Assembly: GCA_963850305.1 (NCBI GenBank)
Contig: CAWKKR010000008.1
Location: forward strand, 1,280,001-1,344,000
From: an uncultured delta proteobacterium
GTDB taxonomy: Bacteria > Myxococcota_A > Polyangia > Polyangiales > Polyangiaceae
Direction of reading: 5' to 3'
Length of the DNA: 64,000 bases
The position numbers were made by a program, and so were the translations under genes. How positions within the stretch are numbered: the first letter of the stretch is position 1; the number at the start of each line of letters is the position of its first letter. Below are positions 56,832 to 64,000 of this stretch, in pieces. The notes under the pieces are model-generated. The model was not told the DNA's origin. It was given only the letters and a program-made list of their open reading frames with translations, and did not search any database.

Positions 56832-58342
56832 TTCCCCTCGAAGAGCTCCGCGTTCAGCACGGTCACGCCGTTCTGGTCGACGTGGATCTTGCTCTTTTGC
56901 ACCCTGAAGTGCGGCGCCTGGATCACGACCTCGTAGTCGCCGGGCGGCACGTCGATCGTGAAGGAGCCCTGCGCGTCGGCCTTCGCCTCCTTGCCGAGCG
57001 GTTCGACGCGAATGGAGGCAGGAATGCCCTTACCGCCGAACGTCCGCACGAGTCCGCGGAGCTGACCCGAGACCGGCGCGGCCTCGAGCTTCACGTCGAC
57101 CGGCGCGGTCGTCTGCGCGCTCACGACGAGGGGTTGCTCGACGGCGACGAAGCCGTCCGCGGCAACCGAGATTGTCGCGTCGCCGAAGAGCACGTCCGCG
57201 GCGCGATAGGTGCCGTCGTTTGCGCTCGTCGCCGCGATCACGGCCGCGCCCGCCTTCACGCTGACGGTCGCGTTCGCGATGGCCGCGCCGTCTTCGCCCA
57301 CGACGTGAATCACGACGGAGGCGGACTTGGGTGCGACGGGCGCGGCGACCACGACGGGCGCGGGCGCGACGGGTTTCGCGGGCGCGGGCTCCGCGGGGCG
57401 ATCGAACGGCAACGTGTAGCGGATACCGCCGATCACGCTCAGGCGCGGCTCGATGGGGCTGAGCGGATCGGTTGGACCCACGGGCGGCCGCGCGCTCAAC
57501 GACGCTTCAGCGAGCAGCTCGAGAGCGAACGCGTCGTTGAGGTGATGGCGCACGCCGAGATCCGCACGCAGCGGCGAGTCCGTGATCTTCGGGGCACCCG
57601 ACCCGACGAGTAGGTCGCCCGATAGCTCGCCGAGGAGCTCGGTTTTCTGGATGGGAACCGAGATGCCGGCACCGACGAGGACCGCGTCGAAGTCCGAGAG
57701 CCCGAGCACCAACCGGTCACCGAATCTCAGGAGCTCCGGGTGCGAAATCGCCTTGGCGCTGTTGTCGAGCCGGAATCCAGCCAGGATGCCGATGGTCGGT
57801 CCGGATCTGGGGACGTACGAGCCGAGCAGGCGGGCGTCGAGCGTCGTCGCATCGAAGGCGATGGACGGAGCGGTTTGCCCCGGAAGCCAGAGGCCGAGCT
57901 CGCCGCCGACGCGGAAGTCGCCGAACGTGGTCCCGGCGCGCGCGAGGAACCGCGGGTCCCCCACCTCGCCGCTGTGCGCGCCCATTCCGTCGTCGGGGTG
58001 ATGGTCGTACCTGCCGTCGAAGCGCAACGCGAACGCAAGCTGCGGCAATGGTGCGATGGCGGCGGATGCAGTGCCCATGACCCGCTGGTGTGAGCCGTCG
58101 CTCGACGACTGTGGTTCGAGATAGCCGTAGCCCGCCGAGCCTGCCGCGGAGAACCGTCGCTCCGTGGTCGGGATCCCCACGCGGACGATGCCGGGAAGCG
58201 CCCAGTCCGTGTCACCGGCGCCGACGGAGTCTTCCGCGCGCGCCTTGGTCGCCAGGCACACGAGAGCCCCCGCAACGAACCCCGTCCTGCCTGCGACCCG
58301 GAGTGGCACTTTTCCGATGGTAGCAGAGCCAAAGTCGACCAA
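56828..58342 (-). CDS. Outer-membrane barrel-like protein with two carboxypeptidase-regulatory-like domains
   Basis: Signal peptide, GDPRF, amphipathic strands to GGIRY, PA linker, GAAIANATV and ADAQGSFTIDVPPGDYEV domains; GTGA coupling. Confidence 0.75.
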   Translation of the reverse strand: MVDFGSATIGKVPLRVAGRTGFVAGALVCLATKARAEDSVGAGDTDWALPGIVRVGIPTTERRFSAAGSAGYGYLEPQSSSDGSHQRVMGTASAAIAPLPQLAFALRFDGRYDHHPDDGMGAHSGEVGDPRFLARAGTTFGDFRVGGELGLWLPGQTAPSIAFDATTLDARLLGSYVPRSGPTIGILAGFRLDNSAKAISHPELLRFGDRLVLGLSDFDAVLVGAGISVPIQKTELLGELSGDLLVGSGAPKITDSPLRADLGVRHHLNDAFALELLAEASLSARPPVGPTDPLSPIEPRLSVIGGIRYTLPFDRPAEPAPAKPVAPAPVVVAAPVAPKSASVVIHVVGEDGAAIANATVSVKAGAAVIAATSANDGTYRAADVLFGDATISVAADGFVAVEQPLVVSAQTTAPVDVKLEAAPVSGQLRGLVRTFGGKGIPASIRVEPLGKEAKADAQGSFTIDVPPGDYEVVIQAPHFRVQKSKIHVDQNGVTVLNAELFEGK

Positions 58343-58413
58343 GCGTGGCCTAATTCTCCTGTTTTGGCGCCGTTATCACACACCGCGGGAGCGCCCATGG
58401 GCCCTCGTGCCTG

Positions 58414-58932
58414 CTATTCGGCGCGGACCCTGCGGCGTTCCTGGATCATGCGCTGAGTGATGGCGCGCTGGGCTTCCGCGGGTTCGACGAGGGTCCAGAC
58501 GTCGTGTTCGCGCCGCGTGCCGGCCAGTTCGAGCAGCAAATCAGCGGCCCGATCGGGCAGGATGGCACCGAAGTGGCGGCCCGGGAGCTCCACCACGGCG
58601 GAGCGTGCGCGCAAGCCTTCGAGCGTCGCGAGGATGCGTTCGATGGCTTCCCGAAACGCTTGCTCGCTGAAGGCGGCCTGGGGCCCAATTCCGAGGAGGA
58701 TGACCTTGTCGAAAGGGAGCTTCGGTTTGCCCGGGACGAGCAACACTTCGCCCCGCGTTCCCCTCGCGAATCCACTCTCGATCAGGCGCGACACGCGACC
58801 CGACAGGCGATAGTCCACGAGCCCCGCGACGCCGTGCGGCGGCCGCTCGCCCTCCGCGAGCGCAGCGACCAGGACCTCGGTGCCGGACAGGTCGAGCCGG
58901 CGAAGGTTCGGAGTCGTGAACCTCAGATCCAC
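58414..58932 (-). CDS. Stand-alone M17 leucine aminopeptidase N-terminal-domain protein
   Basis: ERPPHGVAGLVDYRLSGRVSRL..GF.G..GEVLL, KVILLGIG; no catalytic domain. Confidence 0.75.
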   Translation of the reverse strand: MDLRFTTPNLRRLDLSGTEVLVAALAEGERPPHGVAGLVDYRLSGRVSRLIESGFARGTRGEVLLVPGKPKLPFDKVILLGIGPQAAFSEQAFREAIERILATLEGLRARSAVVELPGRHFGAILPDRAADLLLELAGTRREHDVWTLVEPAEAQRAITQRMIQERRRVRAE

Positions 58933-58935
58933 GGC

Positions 58936-59373
58936 TCACCCGGCTCCGGTTTTTTCCGCCGCACGTGCCTCGCCGCAGTCGTCGGCGACCTTGCCGAGCA
59001 CGCCGTTGACGAACGCGCCGCTATCCTCGGTGCCGAAGCGCTTCGCGAGCTCGACGGCCTCATCGAGGATCACCGCTCGTGGCGTCTCCGATTGATGGAG
59101 GAGCTCCCAGGTCGCCAGCCGGAGCACGTTGCGATCGACGCGGGTCATCCGGGAAAGCTTCCAGTGCTGGCTCGCTCGCGAAACGCGCTCGTCGAGGGCG
59201 TCGCGTTCCGCGATGACTCCGGTCACGAGGTCTTCGGAGTACGGACGCCCTTCGACGTCGCTCGGGAACTCGCGCCAGTAGTCGTGGGTCACCTGCGCGC
59301 CCGATGCCCCGGTCGCCTCGACGGCGAACAGCATCTGCAGCGCTGCTTCTCGGCCGCTCGTCCTTGCGCCCAC
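58936..59373 (-). CDS. nusB: Transcription antitermination factor NusB
   Basis: REAALQMLF, WKLSRM, VDRNVLRL, DEAVELAKRFG, FVNGVL. Confidence 0.96.
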   Translation of the reverse strand: MGARTSGREAALQMLFAVEATGASGAQVTHDYWREFPSDVEGRPYSEDLVTGVIAERDALDERVSRASQHWKLSRMTRVDRNVLRLATWELLHQSETPRAVILDEAVELAKRFGTEDSGAFVNGVLGKVADDCGEARAAEKTGAG

Positions 59374-59379
59374 GACGAC

Positions 59380-59886
59380 TCAGAGTCCCACTCTGGAGAG
59401 TTCCGCGCCGAGCGATACCATCTCGATCGCCGTCATCGCGGCGTCGACGCCCTTGTTGCCGGCCTTGGTTCCCGCGCGCTCCACGGCTTGCTCGATGGTG
59501 TCCGTCGTGAGCACGCCGAAGGCGACGACGGTCCCCGTCGCCATCGCGGTCTGCGCGACGCCCTTGGACACTTCTCCCGCCACGTAGTCGAAATGCGGCG
59601 TGCCGCCGCGAATCACCGCGCCAAGAGCGATGATGGCGTCGAATTTCTTCGTCCGCGCGAGCCGCTCGCACACGAACGGGATCTCCCACGCGCCCGGGAC
59701 GCGGACGACCGTGAGGTGCCGGGGATCGGCGCCGTGGCGCAGCAGCGCGTCGCGCGCGCCGGCCAGGAGTTCCTTGACGATGAACTCGTTGAACCGCGAC
59801 GCGACGATCGCGAAACGAGCGTCCCTGGGGACCGCGAACCCGCCTTCGACGAGCTCCGGTAACGACTCCGACTTCCGGGTGGCCAT
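59380..59886 (-). CDS. ribH: 6,7-dimethyl-8-ribityllumazine synthase
   Basis: [35 protein letters not shown]. Confidence 0.97.
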   Translation of the reverse strand: MATRKSESLPELVEGGFAVPRDARFAIVASRFNEFIVKELLAGARDALLRHGADPRHLTVVRVPGAWEIPFVCERLARTKKFDAIIALGAVIRGGTPHFDYVAGEVSKGVAQTAMATGTVVAFGVLTTDTIEQAVERAGTKAGNKGVDAAMTAIEMVSLGAELSRVGL

Positions 59887-59968
59887 GGCGCGCCCAGGTT
59901 ATCACCTCGAAGCGCTCGCGCGCCGGTTCCTCGGCCCCAAAACCGGCTCGCGGGGCGTACGGAGAGGG

Positions 59969-61147
59969 CTAGCTCCCGTTTCGCATCGATAAGAGCGGCA
60001 GCGTCTCGACGATCTCGAGACCGTATCCGCGGATTCCAGCGATCTTTCGGGGGTTGTTGGTCAAGAGCCGCAGCCGGTAAAGCCCGAGCTGACGGAGGAT
60101 CTGCGCCCCGAGCCCGAATTCCCGGAGCGCGTTTCGATGCGGGCCGTCGCTGCTGTTCGGGCTCGACTCGGGCGGCTTCGTCGGATCGCTGCGGAGGAGC
60201 GCGTCGAGCTGCGACTTGAGATCGCTCTTCGACGGCAGATAAACGACCACGCCGCTGCCCTCGCGCTCGATGAGATCGATTGCTTCGCGCAGGTTCTTGC
60301 CGCCCTCGAACAGGCTGGAGCTGAACAGGTCCGCCACGGTCGAGCCGCCGTGCATGCGACACAGGACCGGATCGTGCGCGTTCGGGTTCCCCTTCACGAG
60401 CGCGAGGAATTCCCTGCCGTCGAGCGGCGCGTCGAACACGACGGCGCGCCACTCCGTTCCGGTGCGGTCGAGGCGAATGACCCGCTCGTCGAGCTTCTGG
60501 ACGAGATGCTCGGTCTGGAGCCGGTATCGAATGAGGTCCGCGATGGTGAGGATGCGCAGACCATGGGTGCGCGCAAACACTTCCAGGTCCGGCATGCGGG
60601 CCATCGTGCCGTCGTCGTTCATGATCTCGCAGATGACGCCCGCGGGCAGACAACCGGCGAGTCGGGCGAGGTCCACCGAGCCCTCCGTCTGGCCCGTGCG
60701 CATGAGGACGCCGCCCTTCTGCGCCTTGAGCGGGAACACGTGGCCCGGCGTGACGATGTCCTCGGGCGTCACGTTCGGATCGATGGCGACGCGCGTCGTG
60801 TGGGAGCGATCCGCCGCGCTGATTCCCGTGGTGACGCCGCGCCGCGCCTCGATGCTCATGGTGAACGCCGTGCCGAGAGCTGGTCCGCCGCGCCACTTCG
60901 GCATCTGCATCATCGGAAGCTCGAGGCGCTCCACCTGCTCTTCCGTGAGCGTGAGGCAGATGAGTCCCCGGCCGTGCTTGGCCATGAAGTTGATGGCCTC
61001 CGGCGTCACCTTGTCGGCAGCGAGCGTCAGATCGCCCTCGTTCTCCCGATCCTCGTCGTCGACGAGGATGATCATCTTGCCGGCGCGGATGTCGTCGATC
61101 GAGCGCTGCACGCGTTCGAGGAGCTCAGGTTCGATATCGAGGGCCAT
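59969..61147 (-). CDS. ribB: DHBP synthase fused to a degenerate GTP cyclohydrolase II domain (RibBX-like)
   Basis: DDEDRENEGDL, AFTMSIEA, TTGISA, PGHVFPL, ICEIM; the GCH-II part lacks the zinc cysteines. Confidence 0.93.
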   Translation of the reverse strand: MALDIEPELLERVQRSIDDIRAGKMIILVDDEDRENEGDLTLAADKVTPEAINFMAKHGRGLICLTLTEEQVERLELPMMQMPKWRGGPALGTAFTMSIEARRGVTTGISAADRSHTTRVAIDPNVTPEDIVTPGHVFPLKAQKGGVLMRTGQTEGSVDLARLAGCLPAGVICEIMNDDGTMARMPDLEVFARTHGLRILTIADLIRYRLQTEHLVQKLDERVIRLDRTGTEWRAVVFDAPLDGREFLALVKGNPNAHDPVLCRMHGGSTVADLFSSSLFEGGKNLREAIDLIEREGSGVVVYLPSKSDLKSQLDALLRSDPTKPPESSPNSSDGPHRNALREFGLGAQILRQLGLYRLRLLTNNPRKIAGIRGYGLEIVETLPLLSMRNGS

Positions 61148-61158
61148 GGTTTCAGCCG

Positions 61159-61803
61159 TCAGCGTATGAAGCCGCCGCGGCGGAGCGCTTCTTCGAGGGT
61201 TGGATTGCCGCTCCCACCGTTTCGCGACTCGAGATAGCGCACGACGTAGCGCGAAACCAGATCCACTTCCAGGTTCAACCTCTTCCCCGGGGCGAGCGCG
61301 CGGAGGGTCGTCACCGCCATCGTGTGCGGAATGAGCATGATCTCGAAGACGGGATCGTCGACCCGATTCACCGTGAGAGACACGCCGTCGAGCGCGACCG
61401 AGCCCTTCGAGGCGATGAATGGCAGGAGGTCTCGCGGTGGTTCGACGACGACGCGCGTCGCGTCGCTCTCCTGGGTGACGCGCGTTACCCTGGCGACGCC
61501 GTCCACGTGTCCCGTCACGAGATGTCCGCCGAGGCGCTCTCCCGCCGCCAGCGCGCGTTCGAGATTCACCGCGTCGCCGAGAGCGAGTTCGCCGAGAGTC
61601 GTCTTCGAGTGCGTCTCGACGGAAACGTCCGCTTCGAACCCCGCGCCGTCGGTCGCGACGACCGTCAGACACGCGCCGTTCACGCTCACCGATTCGCCGA
61701 GCACCAGCGGCCCGAGCCGCGTCGCGACGTCGAGGCGAAATCCGGAGCCGCGCGGCACGCGACCGCGAAGCGAACCCATCGTTTGCACGAGACCGGTGAA
61801 CAC
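61159..61803 (-). CDS. ribE: Riboflavin synthase alpha chain
   Basis: MFTGLV, SVSVNGACLTV, VNLERAL, GGHLVTGHVD, KGSVALDGVSLTVN. Confidence 0.96.
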   Translation of the reverse strand: MFTGLVQTMGSLRGRVPRGSGFRLDVATRLGPLVLGESVSVNGACLTVVATDGAGFEADVSVETHSKTTLGELALGDAVNLERALAAGERLGGHLVTGHVDGVARVTRVTQESDATRVVVEPPRDLLPFIASKGSVALDGVSLTVNRVDDPVFEIMLIPHTMAVTTLRALAPGKRLNLEVDLVSRYVVRYLESRNGGSGNPTLEEALRRGGFIR

Positions 61804-61875
61804 GAGGGCTCCCATAGCATTCGCGCGTGCGAACGTCGCGGAAGACGCGCGAGACGCGCGAGACGCGTGAGACTG

Positions 61876-62498
61876 GTGAAGCGTGCCGGCCTTTCTCCTT
61901 GCGGTTCGATCGCCCGAGCGGCACGCTCCTGGGCGCCGTGCCGCGCTTCCGCGTTGCCCTACAGGCCCTCGCGCCGCTGCTCGTCGCGCTGGGATGCGGG
62001 CCTGGTTTCGAGTCCATGCACGAAAGCAATCTCCGCTTCGAGCATTGCTACCGGCTCGACATGGATCCGAAGATCGCGCCCTCCCACCGTGAGTATTGCT
62101 GGCGCGACTGGACGCAGGTGTACGCCTATGCCCAGCCGCTCGATCGAATCGAATACGCCCGCCGTCGGATCGTCGCTCTCGAATCCGGCGATGACCATCT
62201 GATGACGCTCGGGCCCGGGGCTCCCACGAAAACTCGCGTCTTCGAGGAAGAGTCCGCCGGCGCGAGTGAAACCCCCATGGCGGCACCGGCTCCCACCAGC
62301 GCTCGCGAGCCGCCTCCGCGGATCGCGCCAGCGCCGCCTCCGCCAGCCCCTTCGGGCGTGGTGTTACCCGGTAACACGTGCGCCGGGCCGTGCGAGTCCA
62401 CTTTCGACGCCTGCTCGCGCCTGTGCGAGGCGAAGCAGGCAGACTGCGTCGTTTGTCGCGAGGACTACCGTCGCTGCATGCGGCGTTGCTTCGAGTGA
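61876..62498 (+). CDS. Hypothetical lipoprotein with Cys-rich C-terminus (start uncertain)
   Basis: LVALGC lipobox, FEHCYRLD, C-terminal CxxxC repeats. Confidence 0.65.
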
Positions 62499-62558
62499 GC
62501 CCCCCGGAAGTTGACGCCTTCGCGACACTCACGGTAACGGTTGAAAGGGTAGCGACGC

Positions 62559-63776
62559 ATGACTGCTCGTTTGTTTCCCCTACGCCAGATGGCTTCCGCG
62601 CTGGCCACTCCGTTACCGCGGGTGCTTCGCCCGAAGCGCGCGCTCCCCAACGAGGCCGTTCGCCCGACGCGTGCGGAGATCAATCTCGCGAATCTGCGGC
62701 ACAACCTGCGCGTCGTGCAGCGCGCGACGAAGAGCCCCGTGTGGACGGTGTTGAAGGCGGACGGTTATGGGCACGGCGCCAAGGCCGTGGCTCGGACCCT
62801 CGAGCGCGCGGGTGCCGCGGGCATCTGCGTGGCGTTGCTCGAAGAGGCCATCGAGCTTCGCGAAGCGGGCATCAAGATTCCGATCCTGGTCATGGGTGGC
62901 TATTACGGAGGAGCGTGGGGGGATCTGCTTCGGCACGATCTCGTTCCCGTCATCTACGACGCGTCGCACATCGAAGCGCTCGCCGACGAGGTTCGCTTCT
63001 CGGGCGCGGAACCCGTACGCGTGCACCTGAAGGTCGACACGGGCATGGCACGTCTCGGCATCACGCCGAAGGAAGTGGCCTCGATCGCTCGCGAGTTGCT
63101 GCGGCGCCCGGAGGTCGTCTTCGAGGGCCTCATGACGCATTTTGCCTGCGCGGATTCCGGCGAGACGGCTTCGCTCGACAGGCAGCTCGACGTATTCGAC
63201 GCCGTGACCACGGACCTGCGCGAGATGGGTCTCGTCCCTTCCGTTCGCCACGCAGCAAACAGCGCCGCCGTCTTCCAGTCGCCGCGCTCCCACCTGGACG
63301 CAGTCCGCCCCGGCCTCGCCATCTTCGGCATCGAACCACGTGTCGGCATGGCGCAGGATCTCCGGCCCGCGATGTGTCTGCGTTCCGAGATCGCAGCGCT
63401 GCGCGAGCTCGCACCCGGTGACTCCGCCGGTTACGGCGCGACCTGGACGGCCCGGCGAACGTCCCGGATCGCGACCGTACCGCTCGGTTACGCGGACGGA
63501 TTGAGCCGTGGGCTGTCCAACAAGGGTCACCTTCTGGTCCGCGGTCGCCGCGCGCCGATCGTCGGCACCGTCAGCATGGACATGACCATGATCGACGTCA
63601 CGGACGTTCCCGGGACCGAGCTCCGCGACGAGGTCGTCGCGCTCGGCGCGCAGCGAGGTCCGCTCGGCCGTGACGAGATCACGGTCGACGAGATGGCGGC
63701 GCACCTCGGCACCATCGCGTGGGAAGTCCTCACGAGCGTCTCGCGCCGCGTTCCACGATTCTACCGGGAACCTTGA
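62559..63776 (+). CDS. alr: Alanine racemase
   Basis: VLKADGYGHG, HLKVDTGMARLG, THFA, HAANSA, VRPG, GYG, GYADG, VSMD. Confidence 0.97.
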   Translation: MTARLFPLRQMASALATPLPRVLRPKRALPNEAVRPTRAEINLANLRHNLRVVQRATKSPVWTVLKADGYGHGAKAVARTLERAGAAGICVALLEEAIELREAGIKIPILVMGGYYGGAWGDLLRHDLVPVIYDASHIEALADEVRFSGAEPVRVHLKVDTGMARLGITPKEVASIARELLRRPEVVFEGLMTHFACADSGETASLDRQLDVFDAVTTDLREMGLVPSVRHAANSAAVFQSPRSHLDAVRPGLAIFGIEPRVGMAQDLRPAMCLRSEIAALRELAPGDSAGYGATWTARRTSRIATVPLGYADGLSRGLSNKGHLLVRGRRAPIVGTVSMDMTMIDVTDVPGTELRDEVVALGAQRGPLGRDEITVDEMAAHLGTIAWEVLTSVSRRVPRFYREP

Positions 63777-63780
63777 GCTT

Positions 63781-64000
63781 GAGGGGGTCTTGACCCCCGC
63801 GGCTCGCTCCGCGCCCGCTGCCTTGGGTCCCGGGGGACCTTGGTCCCCCGCGGCTTGCTTCGCAACCGCTGCCTTGTCCCGGGGGACCTTGGTCCCCCGC
63901 GGCTTGCTGCGCAACCGCTCCCCCAGCCGCCTTCGGCGGGCTCGCTCCGCTCGCAAGGGGGTCTTGACCCCCGCGGCTTGCTCCGCGACCGCTGCCTTGT
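63781..64000 (+). repeat. Cluster of at least four REP-like palindromic units (BIME-like)
   Basis: GGGGGTCTTGACCCCC x2 and GGGGGACCTTGGTCCCCC x2, each followed by GCGGCT(C/T)GCT. Confidence 0.9.

Overview
GC-rich bacterial chromosomal window, most likely from Myxococcota (Polyangiales-like). This rests on mglBA, a TIGR02266-type PilZ protein, AgmX-domain and other Ser/Thr kinases, an ECF-FecR module and many Gly/Ser-linker lipoproteins. Core genes: tamB, ilvA, rne/rng, mglBA, yggS, rarA, hpt, comEC, tlyA, ribE-ribBX-ribH-nusB and alr. These are interleaved with accessory blocks, including a partly decayed 35-46 kb region with toxin-antitoxin genes, a kinase and an ECF42/DGPF module. Several conserved genes carry single-base frameshifts, very densely at 11.7-13.4 kb, which most likely reflects long-read consensus error. 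No rRNA, tRNA, CRISPR array or intact transposase was recognised. Most notable: (1) a sigma-less barrel/FecR/Ser-Thr kinase operon; (2) two 21-bp palindromic-unit repeat arrays; (3) a CCA-enzyme body with HD domain but no polymerase head; (4) an active/inactive DUF3857-transglutaminase pair beside mglBA; (5) a PHM-type copper monooxygenase lipoprotein; (6) a PETase-like lipoprotein; (7) an enhancer-binding protein lacking GAFTGA; (8) inverted repeats flanking a secreted beta-helix gene. All calls come from reading motifs by eye; no database searches were run.
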